A stretch of DNA of 64,000 nucleotides from an uncultured Methanosarcinaceae archaeon (GCA_963733675.1 CAVTET010000003.1:64001-128000), one strand, 5' to 3'; counted from the first letter of the stretch, positions 23,711-34,589 are shown. Translations and numbers: made by a program. Notes: a model not told the origin generated them from the letters alone.

Positions 23711-24652
23711 ATGAAAAAACAATTCTTGTGTCCACAGTTTGTAACTAAAGGAGCTTTTGCACTGGTATGTGTATTTTCGTTGCTGAGCCTTGCTTCAGCT
23801 TCTGTTGCCTCATATGAGGAGGTATTAACTGGCTGTTTTCACAACGAAAATAAATACTCATTCAAAGTTCTTTTGACAGAAAACATCGAAATTCCTTCTT
23901 TGCCTTTTGGCCAGGAGATTTCATTTCCCTCGACTGGCAGCAGAGAAGAGGTAAGTAGGCACCTTGGAAAACTGAGTCCTTTCCTTCTTATAGCAGCAGG
24001 CATCCTTGCAGGTTTCAATCCCTGCCTGCTTGCAGTAATTGCTTTTTTGGCATCTGTCACTCTTGCTCAGCAGCAAGGAGGAAGAAAGGAGATGCTCAAA
24101 ATGACCTTAGGTTTTTCTACTGGAATTTTAACCATACATATGCTTATAGGAATAAATATACTTTTACTTGTCAATATTATGCCTGACATCCAGGAAATTT
24201 TCACTTCAGTTACAATTTTGCTAACAGCTCTCCTTGGCTTATGGCATATCTTTGATGCATATTGGCTAAAAAAGCATTCAAGATCAACATTCAAAACTCC
24301 AGATTCCCTGAAGAACTTTATGAGTGGGATGAGTAATAAAAATTTGTTGTTGCTGTCCTTCCTTTCAGGAGGCATGTACTTCTTAGTCAAAGCCCCTTGC
24401 TTGGGAGCTATTTACCTCTCTGTCCTGAGCATACTGGCAACAAAAACCAATGCAATGGAAGGAATAACATACGCAGGACTTTACAACCTTGGCCTTCTGC
24501 TTCCTATAACGTCTCTAGGACTCTTGCTTTCCTTTGGGTTGAGCCCAAACAAAGTCACTGAGTTCCGTGAAAAAAGGAGAGTGGGAATAAGGTTAACAAC
24601 AGGAGTTATACTTATTATCCTTGCTCTGATGATGCAGCTTAAAATCATCTAA
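23711..24652 (+). CDS. cytochrome c biogenesis CcdA/DsbD-like membrane protein with signal peptide
   Basis: AGILAGFNPC and KAPCLGAIY redox Cys motifs in about six TM helices. Confidence 0.8.
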   Translation: MKKQFLCPQFVTKGAFALVCVFSLLSLASASVASYEEVLTGCFHNENKYSFKVLLTENIEIPSLPFGQEISFPSTGSREEVSRHLGKLSPFLLIAAGILAGFNPCLLAVIAFLASVTLAQQQGGRKEMLKMTLGFSTGILTIHMLIGINILLLVNIMPDIQEIFTSVTILLTALLGLWHIFDAYWLKKHSRSTFKTPDSLKNFMSGMSNKNLLLLSFLSGGMYFLVKAPCLGAIYLSVLSILATKTNAMEGITYAGLYNLGLLLPITSLGLLLSFGLSPNKVTEFREKRRVGIRLTTGVILIILALMMQLKII

Positions 24653-24816
24653 CAAAAATAAAGTTTGAATAAAAATCCTGAATTACAGCCTTTACATTAA
24701 AAATTAATATTTCAAAATCTTAGAAAAATGTACTCATTGGCTATACATCTATTTTTCTAAGATTTTGAAATGTTAATTTTTACTGCAAGGACTGTAATAA
24801 CTTTGTTACAAGACGA

Positions 24817-25827
24817 TCATAAATCAGATACAGAATTCTTCTCAAGTTCTTCGGGGGAATCGGAAAGGCGTTTTTCTTCAATCATCTTAAGCAGCCTGTC
24901 TATTGCTTCTTTTATTCCTTCTCCGGTAATTGTTGAAATGTTCAACACTACTCCATCTATCTTCCTGAACTCAGGCTTATCAGACTTGTTTGCAACAACA
25001 AGCAGGGGAAGGTTAAAATTTTTTTGGATTTCCTCAAGCAGATTTTTTTGGTCTTCAATCACATATCCGCAACTTTCACTGGGGTCAAACATGAACATTA
25101 CAACCGCGTCAAGGAACTGGATCGCAGTTATTGCCTGCTGTTCGATGTTATTTCTCTCAGACATAGGCCGGTCAAGAAGTCCCGGGGTATCCATAACTTG
25201 GTAACGTACTCCCTCCCAGCTAAAATGTCCGATTGCTACTCCTTTTGTTGTGAATGGATAGGGAGCGATTTTTGGACGTGCACCGGTAACTTTTGCTACA
25301 AAACTTGACTTCCCTACATTAGGGTAGCCAGCGATCACAATCGTGGGTTCATCCCTGACATCCGGAAGTTTCCTTAATGCATTTCTAGCTTCGTTAAGAA
25401 AAAGAAGATCTTTGTTGATTGACTTAATAATGGAGGCAATTCTTCCTAAAGCCTCTTTTCGAACTGGTTCTGGAATTTCCGAATCCCGGATTTTTACTAC
25501 GTAAAACCTTGCAACCTCATGAATTTTCTTACTAGCCCAGTCCACGGATGCGAGGGACATCTTGAGCTGTTCTACACCTACTAAAATATCAGTAAGTTTA
25601 TAGTAAAAGCTGGGTAATTGATCAAAACTCGGAAACCGTCTAACAATATTTGCAAGAGTATCTGTAAAAATGTTTGAGGCTGTCAATATCATGGACTCGT
25701 TGGCCATTAACCGATTATGCTTATTCTCTATATTTTTCGAGGACATCGCTTTAGCTGCCCGTTTAAAAGCTTTGTTAATCAACTCTTCGGAAGTGGGAAC
25801 GGTGTGAATTTTTTCAAATATAATCAT
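24817..25827 (-). CDS. NOG1-family GTP-binding protein
   Basis: GYPNVGKSS, YPFTTKG, DTPGLLDRP and NKSD motifs; start moved to MIIFEK. Confidence 0.92.
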   Translation of the reverse strand: MIIFEKIHTVPTSEELINKAFKRAAKAMSSKNIENKHNRLMANESMILTASNIFTDTLANIVRRFPSFDQLPSFYYKLTDILVGVEQLKMSLASVDWASKKIHEVARFYVVKIRDSEIPEPVRKEALGRIASIIKSINKDLLFLNEARNALRKLPDVRDEPTIVIAGYPNVGKSSFVAKVTGARPKIAPYPFTTKGVAIGHFSWEGVRYQVMDTPGLLDRPMSERNNIEQQAITAIQFLDAVVMFMFDPSESCGYVIEDQKNLLEEIQKNFNLPLLVVANKSDKPEFRKIDGVVLNISTITGEGIKEAIDRLLKMIEEKRLSDSPEELEKNSVSDL

Positions 25828-26293
25828 AATATTAACACTCTGGTTTCTGTAAGCCATATAATATATTTTGCTGACCAAGAGTTTTATCAAAACAAAAAGT
25901 GCAAGCAAAAGTTTTGCAAAGATTCATGAAGGCAATTTGCTGAATGCAAATTCAAAGATTTCTTACAATTTGCTGATTTTTTTGATTGATTGCATTCATT
26001 TGGCATTGAAATTAATTCTGAATTTTGACGATTTCATCAGGTATTAAGCGGTCTCCAAATTTATTGCTAGGTTTTAAATTTGTTGTTCCAAATTCTCGTA
26101 ATAAACTTAACATAAGACACAAAACTAGCTGGATACTCAAAGCATAACCGGACTCTTTTTATATTCGTAATAGTAAGTTATATCAGGAATTATAATAATT
26201 AATTATGTTAAATATATACGATAGTATACATTTATCGATGTATAGGTGTTATACACCATCCTGATAAAAGTATATGAAATTGGTGGTGGAAGT

Positions 26294-27169
26294 ATGGAAC
26301 TCACTCAGATTCAAAAAGATATTATTATTGCATTAATAAACTTGCAAAGACAAAAGAATAGAGCAATAAAGGGAGAAGAAGTTGCTGAGGTAATTCAGCG
26401 CAACCCTGGAACCATTCGGAACCAAATGCAGCTGTTGAAGGCTCTTGGACTTGTGGAAGGGGTCCCAGGACCAAAAGGAGGATATAAACCTACAGGGTCA
26501 GCTTATAACGCTTTACGAATTCAGCAACTTGATAACGAATCCGTAGTCCCACTATTCCGAAATACTACACCAGTTGATGGGGCAACCGCTGCTGAAATAA
26601 GTTTCACGACCGTCAGAAATCCAGATGCCTGTAGCGGAGTGGTCCGTGTACTAGGGAACATAAAAGACTTTATGATAGATGATAAGATTCAAGTTGGTCC
26701 GACGCCTGTAAATCGCCTGATAGTTCGCGGAGAAGTAACAGGGCGGGACGATAATAGTAACTCTATTCTTTTCAATATTACCGAAATGATATCTCTTCCT
26801 AAAAAACACGTTAAACACTATATGAAATACCCTCCTTTACTTGTTAATATGAATGCTAGTATTCAGGAAGCAACAAGGCTTTTTGTGCGGAACAACATTC
26901 ACGGAGCACCTGTGGAAGACAAGGGAAAAATTATAGGGGTAATTACCTACACAGATATTGCCCGTGCAATTGCTCAGGGAAAACCTAACGTAAAAGTCAA
27001 AGACATAATGACAACTGAACTTATCACCGTTGATGGGGATATGCAATTCTACGATGTCATAAAACTCTTCCACAAATATAATGTAGGACAGCTTATTGTA
27101 ACAATAAATGGTATACTCAAAGGAACTCTGTCAAAAACGGATGTCTTGCACGAAATTGCACTCAACTGA
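26294..27169 (+). CDS. HTH plus CBS-domain transcriptional regulator
   Basis: N-terminal wHTH (RNPGTIRNQMQ..GPKGGY), C-terminal CBS pair; start MELTQ after GGTGG. Confidence 0.88.
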   Translation: MELTQIQKDIIIALINLQRQKNRAIKGEEVAEVIQRNPGTIRNQMQLLKALGLVEGVPGPKGGYKPTGSAYNALRIQQLDNESVVPLFRNTTPVDGATAAEISFTTVRNPDACSGVVRVLGNIKDFMIDDKIQVGPTPVNRLIVRGEVTGRDDNSNSILFNITEMISLPKKHVKHYMKYPPLLVNMNASIQEATRLFVRNNIHGAPVEDKGKIIGVITYTDIARAIAQGKPNVKVKDIMTTELITVDGDMQFYDVIKLFHKYNVGQLIVTINGILKGTLSKTDVLHEIALN

Positions 27170-27175
27170 GAATAA

Positions 27176-27266
27176 AAAGGATTTTGATAGACCTATGATT
27201 CTTAACGAATTATTCATATATTTTTTATATAAAGATATGAAATTTGGGGTTTATTGAAATCATTTA
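27176..27266 (+). repeat. ~92-bp MITE family A copy (degenerate)
   Basis: AGGATTTTGATAGACCTATGATT...GGGGTTTATTGAAATC. Confidence 0.55.
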
Positions 27267-27386
27267 AAGTTTGTATTTTTATTAAAGATGAGACAATTCT
27301 CCAGAAAAAAATAGGAAATAGATTATTTTTTAAAAAAATTTTATTATTTGCACATTAAACTTATGCTTAGAAAATTCTCCAAACCT

Positions 27387-27701
27387 TCAGTCTCTTTTCA
27401 TGCTTTCATGTCTAGCAATCATTTCAGCTGCAATTTCATCAAGAGTAATATTATTTGCAGCGAGCAATACCAGGAGATGGAAGATCAGATCCGAAATTTC
27501 CGAAATGATCTCTGCGCGGTCTTCATTCCTGACTGCAAGAATGGTTTCAATCGATTCTTCACCTACTTTTTCAAGAATCTTATTCATACCCTTGTGATTG
27601 TTCAAAAGCTTGCAGACATATGAACGCTCGTCATAGTTCTGTTTCCGATCCAGAATTATTTCATATACCCTGTTTAAAATTGACAAATCAGTATTCTGCA
27701 T
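27387..27701 (-). CDS. hisE: phosphoribosyl-ATP pyrophosphatase
   Basis: [14 protein letters not shown] and [12 protein letters not shown] motifs. Confidence 0.95.
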   Translation of the reverse strand: MQNTDLSILNRVYEIILDRKQNYDERSYVCKLLNNHKGMNKILEKVGEESIETILAVRNEDRAEIISEISDLIFHLLVLLAANNITLDEIAAEMIARHESMKRD

Positions 27702-27761
27702 TCAAACACCTTTTTGATTTAAACACACAAGGAAATATTCGAAAAGTAAACAAAAAGTTTT

Positions 27762-29024
27762 TCAAACTGTCCTGGGATCAGTTATTTCTCCTGTGAGAGC
27801 TGATGCACCTGCAGTTGCAGGGGAAGAGAGATACACAAAGGACTCTGCACTTCCTTCTCTGCCTCTAAAGTTTCGGTTTGAGGTTGCAAGACCTACTTCC
27901 CCTGCACCAAGCAGACCGAAAGAACCACCCATACATGGCCCACAGCAGGGAGATTCTACGATTGCACCAGCGTTCATAAGCTTTTCGATATATCCAGCCC
28001 TTAACAATTTCATGTACTCTGTTCTTGAAGCGGGGACGACAATGAGGCGTATACCCTTTGCTATCGGTTCATCCCCAATGATATCTGCCATGATCTTAAT
28101 ATCTTCGAACCTGCCGTTAGTGCAAGAACCCATAAAGATTTGATCAATTTTTGTGCCCTCGACATCAGTTACGGGTTTTACGTTATCTACATTATGTGGA
28201 CAAGCTACCTGGGGTTCCAGGTCCGAGATGTCATAGTGCCGGAAGGCTGCATATTCAGCATTTTCATCGGATTTCCAATATGGATCAAATTCGTAATATA
28301 AAATCCGTTCTTTAAGGTAAGCTGCAGTCATTTCATCGGCTTCGATGATTCCTGCTTTCCCTCCCATCTCAATTGCCATATTGGATATGGTCATACGTTC
28401 GGGAATTGAGAGAGAACGGATTGTTGAACCAGCAAACTCAGCTGCCATATACCTAGCTCCCTCTACCCCAACATCACCTATTAGATAGAGGATGAGATCT
28501 TTCGAGTAAACGCGCCTTGGTAAAGTACCTTCCACTTCAAAATGAAAGGTATGTGGTACCCTGAACCATAGTTTGCCTGTAGCAAAAACAGCTGCCATGT
28601 CAGTAGACCCAATGCCTGTGGAAAATGCCCCTAAAGCTCCATACGCACAAGTATGTGAGTCAGAGCCAACTATCAGATCTCCTGGCAAGACGTGCCCTTT
28701 CTCTGGAAGAACTTGATGGCATACTCCCTCATATATATCATAATTTAAAATTTCTTGTTCGTCAGCAAATTCTCTGAGCATTATGTGGTTTGCTGTGGCG
28801 TTGATAGAATCCGCAGGAACCTGGTGGTCGAATATGATCACTATTTTCTTAGGGTCCCACACTTTCTTCTCTTCTTTACCATTCATTATTTCGTAAAATC
28901 CCTTAACCGCTAGAGGACCTGTAATATCGTGCACCATTGCTAGGTCTACATTGGCCAACACGAAATCCCCGGCTTTTACTGGATTTCCGGCGGCTTTCGA
29001 GAAAATTTTTTCGGAAACTGTCAT
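27762..29024 (-). CDS. leuC: 3-isopropylmalate/citramalate dehydratase large subunit (aconitase family)
   Basis: HDITGP, DHQVP, GSDSHTC, GSCTNGR, CCGPCMG and SNRNFRGR; alternative start 29057; homoaconitase aksD not fully excluded. Confidence 0.85.
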   Translation of the reverse strand: MTVSEKIFSKAAGNPVKAGDFVLANVDLAMVHDITGPLAVKGFYEIMNGKEEKKVWDPKKIVIIFDHQVPADSINATANHIMLREFADEQEILNYDIYEGVCHQVLPEKGHVLPGDLIVGSDSHTCAYGALGAFSTGIGSTDMAAVFATGKLWFRVPHTFHFEVEGTLPRRVYSKDLILYLIGDVGVEGARYMAAEFAGSTIRSLSIPERMTISNMAIEMGGKAGIIEADEMTAAYLKERILYYEFDPYWKSDENAEYAAFRHYDISDLEPQVACPHNVDNVKPVTDVEGTKIDQIFMGSCTNGRFEDIKIMADIIGDEPIAKGIRLIVVPASRTEYMKLLRAGYIEKLMNAGAIVESPCCGPCMGGSFGLLGAGEVGLATSNRNFRGREGSAESFVYLSSPATAGASALTGEITDPRTV

Positions 29025-29129
29025 CGGCCAATTTTCATTACCAGATATTTCGCCCATGAGGAATAACTGGCTCGTTATATTAAATAAATCTAATTGATAG
29101 TTCAGAGCATGCATAAATCAAAATTTAGG

Positions 29130-29895
29130 TGTTTTACCCAACGGCAATAAACTGAGTCTTTTTGTGCCACCATTTGGATATCAAGGAATTATTTACAATC
29201 AAATATTTTCATTCGCTTATATGCTTCTTTTTATTCTGGGTTTCCTTAATCTTTGACATAGTATTATTAATAACATCGGAAGTTGTACATCACCAAACTT
29301 TCCAATGTATCTCCCTTAACTCCAAAGTTCGCCACTCTAGAACTTTTTTACTCAAATAGTACTCTTCAAAGATTTATCTTGTCTTGGCACTTTTCATAAT
29401 CTGCCTAATTTTGAGGGTAAATATTTTGGTCAGAATCAACACAAAGATGCTTCTGATCACTATTAGTACGAATTAATCAAACCCAAAAGATCACTTTTTG
29501 CCAATTTAAAGTAGTGTCGCTTTCAAATAATTGTTTATTTAATAGTCTATAAAAAATCATGAAATTTCATAGAAAAAACTATTTTATCTTTGTTGTATAG
29601 TTTTATTTTAGAGTACAGATGATTCTAATAAATCGCTAGATTTCTTAACTTGATTATAAATGATATGTAAAATGATTCTTGAAAATCAGAGGTTCATCTA
29701 AATATTCTACAAATGTAGTTTGAAATATAGAGAATTTTGATAAGCCTCTAACTACCGCAGGTCATTTATATATAATTTATAATCATATGATCAAACTTAG
29801 GGTTTGTCCGAAATTCTGTATAAATAATTCAATAACGAGTGATTTTTGGGAAAGTTTCCATCACTACAGCAAGTAATGGGAGTATTCGACTGACA
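29130..29895 (-). mobile_element. heavily decayed IS200-type element with nested MITEs
   Basis: GELWS..YIGKFGD fragment; 29845-29895 resembles the end hairpin region at 9735-9785. Confidence 0.6.
29614..29820. repeat. two oppositely oriented MITE family A copies (about 29614-29710 and 29728-29820)
   Basis: TAGAGAATTTTGATAAGC...CGAAATTCTGTA, plus a reverse copy containing GAAAATCAGAGGTTCATC. Confidence 0.6.
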
Positions 29896-29980
29896 TATAA
29901 AGATCTTGCAGGCATACAAAACGATTAAGGCGCATAAAATAATGGAAGCTCTATCAGTAATTTTATAGCTTGCTCTGCTG

Positions 29981-30787
29981 CTAATAATCGATAAATTTAT
30001 TATTTCCTGTGCTGTCGTGGACTATGTATGTGCATGTGCTATCTCCCAATTTTTTCTTTGCAAGCTCCAGGCCCTTTTCACCTCTCTTGAAACTTACAAA
30101 TTTTTTATACATAGCAAGCATGTCCTCAAGCTCCGAAACATACCTATAAAGAAGATTTTCTGCTAGTTTTCGGCTGTCTTCTGCAGAAATTGGATATCCA
30201 AGGCCTTCACATTCGCAAGTATGTAGTTTTAGCTCTTCTATATAAAAAGGGTATGTTTTGCAGAGCATTGGCCGTACTGAATAAACTCGGCATGTGCTTG
30301 TGCTTTTTTCAAGAAGGATGCAGTCCAAGTTACTATTTCGCCTGAGCATCCATCCAAAAGCATGAATATTTCCTTCTCCATCGATATTTTCCTGAATAAG
30401 CTCAAGAAGCTCAGTAGAAAACGAAACTCCTTTTTCTTCCGAAGCCTCGAAAAAGCCTTCAGTTATGTTTTCGTTCTCTTCCAATCTATTCAGTTGAACT
30501 ATTTCAGGGACAAATGGCCCTGCGATCTCAAGTTTTGATAGACCTGTAAACTCTCGAATTTTTTCAATCTCAGTAGGGATTAACATTACCCTGTTATCCC
30601 CAAAAGCCCATCTGCAGCACTTTCCACAGTGCTTACAAGAAAAACCGATTACTCTGATTTCAGCTGCAAGATCTTCTAGACAAAGTTTGAGAGCTGATTC
30701 GATTTCCTTTTTGAGGCTGGTAATTAGAAGGAGCTGATAGTTTGTTTTTTTATGTTTTTGTTTACTGCATGAATTGAAAATTTCCAT
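29981..30787 (-). CDS. YkgJ-family cysteine-cluster protein
   Basis: FSCKHCGKCC, DCILL..CRVYSVRPMLCKTYPF and CEGLG; ends in TAG. Confidence 0.88.
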   Translation of the reverse strand: MEIFNSCSKQKHKKTNYQLLLITSLKKEIESALKLCLEDLAAEIRVIGFSCKHCGKCCRWAFGDNRVMLIPTEIEKIREFTGLSKLEIAGPFVPEIVQLNRLEENENITEGFFEASEEKGVSFSTELLELIQENIDGEGNIHAFGWMLRRNSNLDCILLEKSTSTCRVYSVRPMLCKTYPFYIEELKLHTCECEGLGYPISAEDSRKLAENLLYRYVSELEDMLAMYKKFVSFKRGEKGLELAKKKLGDSTCTYIVHDSTGNNKFIDY

Positions 30788-30889
30788 ATAAAAGTTCGTG
30801 TTCTGCAGGAACTTAAAACTTTTTGTTCAAAGCACCGTTCATTTTCAATCGCTTAGTTTTACATAATATAAACCATGATTAATTAAAGT

Positions 30890-31130
30890 TTTCAATATTT
30901 CAATCCTAAAAAACATCAACTCACTTAATATTTAGGCCTTTCCATACGATTTTTGGCCCCCCTTCCAAATAGATAATGGCTACTAAAATAAACAGGGGAT
31001 ATGCCACTGATACACGCATAGTAAGGTTCTTATTCGATGGCATTGGAGAAGCTAGCCATCATAAAATCGTTCCTAGTGTCGCTAAATTAATTGTGTTTGA
31101 AAAGGGCGACTTGATGAACTCAATGCCTAT
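30890..31130. repeat. ~240-bp dispersed repeat (decayed 3' part of a membrane-protein gene), copy 1
   Basis: Collinear with 59405-59660 (GGCTACTAAAATAAACA, CCACTGATA, GTAAGGTTCT). Confidence 0.65.
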
Positions 31131-31139
31131 AATGAATCA

Positions 31140-31283
31140 TTGAAAATGGAGTTTGCCCAAGCACGTCAGGATAAAAATGACATTAAAAAGACGTTGAATT
31201 ACATGATACAAGTTCAAACTCTTATTAATCAAAAAGCAGTTGAAGCCCCAGGAGCAAAAAAGCCGTGGCGGCGATTTTGGTAA
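31140..31283 (+). pseudogene. C-terminal fragment of a coiled-coil protein ending KKPWRRFW
   Basis: LKMEFAQARQDK...QKAVEAPGAKKPWRRFW*; such tails are common in mobile-element proteins. Confidence 0.45.
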
Positions 31284-31365
31284 TTTTGCTACATTTATAT
31301 CACAAAATGAAATGAAAATAAAAAGATATTCTAGTAAAGTCTTGATCAGTTGAAGACCTATTGAT

Positions 31366-31791
31366 TTATCTAAACATAGCTAGTTTAGTTATAATTTGTT
31401 TCCTGATTTCATCTTCGTCTTTGACGATTATCTCAACAATCTCGTTTTTGATTCCTGAGACTGCATTAATTTTCCTATATTCCCGCCTTCCATAATCATT
31501 AGGGAACCGTCTCTCTAAAATCCACATGCACACTTTGCAATTCCCAGAATCAGTTACTTTTTTCAGGCGCTGTAGACACTTCATAGCTCCTTCAGCATTG
31601 CATTTTTTGACGTGTTTATAGAACTCAAAATACTTTCCAGATTTTGAATTTTTTCTTTTATTCATCCAATCATTGAACGTTTGATACGTTATTCCTGCGG
31701 ATGCTGTTGCAAGAGCATAAGTAAGTCCCAGTGAAACATTATTACCAATTAGCTGTTGAATTTCATAGGTTAATTTTGAAGGTCGTGCCAT
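31366..31791 (-). CDS. phage terminase small-subunit-like HTH protein
   Basis: MARPSKLT, AGITYQTFNDW HTH and WILERRFPNDYG motifs. Confidence 0.6.
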   Translation of the reverse strand: MARPSKLTYEIQQLIGNNVSLGLTYALATASAGITYQTFNDWMNKRKNSKSGKYFEFYKHVKKCNAEGAMKCLQRLKKVTDSGNCKVCMWILERRFPNDYGRREYRKINAVSGIKNEIVEIIVKDEDEIRKQIITKLAMFR

Positions 31792-31869
31792 ATTGGTCCC
31801 GTTTTTACTACTTTTATTAATATAATTGAGTATCATGCTTAATATTTTTTTAGTTTATTTATCCATATA

Positions 31870-31960
31870 ACCTACTACGAACTCACAAATGGAATATACT
31901 TTGAGATGTAGACTCATGATAAATTTTATGAAATGGAACTATTTTCGCTTCGTAAAAGGT
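31870..31960. repeat. 91-bp MITE-like element
   Basis: TIR ACCTACTACGAA...TTCGTAAAAGGT. Confidence 0.5.
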
Positions 31961-32245
31961 CTGGTTCAAATATGAACTAATGTAAGGCTGTTATAGGGAC
32001 TTTCTTGAGTCAAGTAATGATATTGTAAATTTTTATTAAAAAACTCGATGAAAGAGCTTAGAATGAGTTGGGTTGTGTCAATCTGTAAACGAAATCTGGA
32101 ACAAGGTTAGCAATATAGTCCAAACTAATAAAAAAGAAATAAATTCACTATGAATTTGAGAATATAAGTTAATCATATTATTTTTGATAGAATTAATAAA
32201 AAGATGCTGTTGATATTGCTTTAAGAGTTGTAGGCATTTTGAGAA

Positions 32246-32387
32246 TCACACCATAGCCTATTCCTTCTAGTAAACTCTAGGCGAGTTCTTGGCAGTATTG
32301 ATAACAATTTTTTTATTTATCAATATAATTAATAATAACAATATTTTTTTATTTTTATTAGCTGTCACTAAATATTGAAAATTAAAG
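32246..32387. repeat. ~145-bp direct repeat, copy 1
   Basis: Collinear with 33182-33326 (TCACACCAT, GTAAACTCT, GAGTTCTTG, TTTTTATTAG..TCACTAAA.ATTGAAA). Confidence 0.7.
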
Positions 32388-32396
32388 CCTTTATAT

Positions 32397-32650
32397 TCAA
32401 ATAAATACTTCAGCCCAGCCGAAAAAGCTAAGCACCCAGTTAAATGAGCGTTTGATATTTGACTGGTGGTTCGCTGGATGTAATGCTGGGTTAATGGTGT
32501 AGGTCTTATTGTGATATAAATTTGCCTTGTCATAATCGTCCTTATTATTCCATGAAATTCCCAGATTGTAAAAACTCAATGCTATGTCCGGGTGGTTTGG
32601 AGGAAGAACTGCTTGCATGATAGCCAAAGATTGCTCATAGTATCCTATGT
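32397..32650 (-). pseudogene. tetratricopeptide-repeat protein fragment
   Basis: GYYEQSLAIMQAVLPPNHPDIALSFYNLGISW..DYDKA (TPR_12-like); no 5' part. Confidence 0.7.
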
Positions 32651-32732
32651 TAGGAGTTTTATTTGAGTTTTGTTAAGTTATGGGGTAAAGAAACTTAAAT
32701 TAGATAGTAGCTGAAAAAAGTTCTTATGCCCT

Positions 32733-32855
32733 TAGTCCTTATTGAACAGAAATTTTTCGGATGAGCTTAGAAAAGTGTGGAGGGGAATAAGAGTGACAAT
32801 TCAGAATTTCAACAAATAAGAGCAAATGAGTTAAGAGAGACTTTATTAAGGACTG
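32733..32855. repeat. ~123-bp MITE with CAGT/ACTG-type ends (ISH3-like)
   Basis: TAGTCCTTATTGAA...TTTATTAAGGACTG. Confidence 0.45.
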
Positions 32856-32923
32856 ATGTCAAACATTTCTAGAAATAAAGATTTCTTCAATCCTAAAAAG
32901 AAAATGAAAAGTGGGTAGAATAA

Positions 32924-33176
32924 TCAATACAATATCTCTCTGTTCAGAGGGAAAAGTGTAAAATTTCTTATATCATCACTTGCTAAAATAAATTGAATTA
33001 CTCTTTCGACTCCGATACCACATCCTGAATGAGGACATACATAACTATCTACTATAGATTTGAAATACCAATCAAAATCACTGATATTCCTGCCTTTTTT
33101 TACAAGCTGTTCAAACATTTTAGAAGTTCTTAATTTTTCTTCAATAACATCATATTTAGTTTCTCTTTCAGCCGCT
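32924..33176 (-). pseudogene. C-terminal fragment of an AsnRS/asparagine synthetase A-like class IIb synthetase
   Basis: AERE...DWY...PHSGCGIGVERVIQFI..DIRNFTLFP (class IIb motif 3). Confidence 0.7.
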
Positions 33177-33181
33177 CATAG

Positions 33182-33326
33182 TCACACCATCACCTATTAA
33201 CTCTGGTAAACTCTGAGTGAGTTCTTGATTGTGTTAATAATGATTTTTATTACACTATAACTATAATTAATATTTATGCTATATTTTTTGTTTTTATTAG
33301 ACATCACTAAACATTGAAAGTAAAAG
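33182..33326. repeat. ~145-bp direct repeat, copy 2
   Basis: See 32246-32387; on minus strand it ends in an RBS-like GGTGATGGTGTG followed by ACTATG. Confidence 0.7.
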
Positions 33327-33565
33327 AGAAATATGGTTCTTGTGCAAAAAATCTAGCTTTATAACAAATTCAGTGGAAACTTTCACAATAAGGAAAATTA
33401 ATATATCTCATCATGGGGAAAAATGTACCAAGGGTACATCAAATTAACGCAGGAAGCAATTAACTTCAAACCTATTCGAAAATAATTACTAATAAAAATA
33501 TTATTCAGAAGAGAACAGATTGTAATACGAAAGTATATCAAGGAACTAGTTTTAATTAAGTTTAT

Positions 33566-34069
33566 ATGTGGAATAAGTTAGTAGAAAAATTTGAAAAATA
33601 CCCTGCACAGGCAAAAGTACTTAAATTGCTATTCGAACGTGGATTTCAGGTGAATGAGGAAGGAAAAGTCACTTCAGGAAATATTGAAATCGCACATACA
33701 CAGCTTGCAAGAGAAGCAGGCGTTGACAGGAGAGTGGTTGACGCAACCACAAAGACAATTATCTCAGATGATTTTTTTAGTGCTATTTTTAAAAATGTTC
33801 ATTCAATTCCTTTTCTCAGAGATGTTGCCCCCTCACTTGGGTTAGGAGTGATTATTATTATCCCGGAAGATGCTGCTAATATGGGTATTCTTGCAGAAGT
33901 TGCAGGCATTATTTCCAAAAACAATGTAAGTATCCGGCAGGCTGTTTCCGATGATCCCTACCTCACTGACAACCCAAGGCTTACAATTATTACTGACCGC
34001 AAAGTTCCTGGAGACCTTGTGGATCAGATCTTGAACCTACACTCAGTGAAAGGGGTAAGTATTTACTGA
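33566..34069 (+). CDS. ACT-domain-containing regulator of amino acid metabolism (archaeal)
   Basis: N-terminal HTH (LAREAGVDRRVV) and C-terminal ACT domain (GILAEVA..SIRQAVSDDP). Confidence 0.85.
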   Translation: MWNKLVEKFEKYPAQAKVLKLLFERGFQVNEEGKVTSGNIEIAHTQLAREAGVDRRVVDATTKTIISDDFFSAIFKNVHSIPFLRDVAPSLGLGVIIIIPEDAANMGILAEVAGIISKNNVSIRQAVSDDPYLTDNPRLTIITDRKVPGDLVDQILNLHSVKGVSIY

Positions 34070-34378
34070 GATTTCTGGGTTAGTAAAACTTAGACGGATT
34101 TAAATTGAAGAAATGGAGTAAGGACCAGGTGATATTCGACATTTTATATATGCACACAGATGCATAATTTATTTGCCTTTTTGCCCACCTATTCTCAATA
34201 GAGATTAAATTAATTTTTAAGCTACTGTCATATTTAGAAAATCGATTTCATCCCTGTATATACCTGCAGAAAGTTGATAATATGATCGAATTTTTCTTTT
34301 AGAATAACTTATCATTTTTAAACTCTGCAATCTGCAGACGAAACGAAACCAGAAGTTTTCCTGCAGTGATTAATGTAT

Positions 34379-34473
34379 TACAGAGGTTTTCTATAAAATC
34401 CTCAATTTTGTCATATGCTTATTAATGGAGCCTAAATAACTCGTGAAAATCAGAGGTTTATCAAAATTCTCCA
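34379..34473 (-). repeat. ~92-bp MITE family A copy (reverse)
   Basis: CAGAGGTTTTCTATAAAA...CGTGAAAATCAGAGGTTTATCAAAATTCTCC. Confidence 0.65.
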
Positions 34474-34589
34474 TAGTAAACTAACTAATTAAAAAGTCAA
34501 TTAAAAGAAAATTCAATTAAAAGCCAATTAGTATTTTTAAATTCGCTTTCTCATACACACAAAATAATGTTATTTATTTTCTCAATATG

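Noticed and set aside
29981-29983. Pyrrolysine readthrough at the TAG stop of the YkgJ-like gene
   Set aside because: An in-frame TAA follows after five codons and the domain is complete, so it is consistent with an ordinary stop
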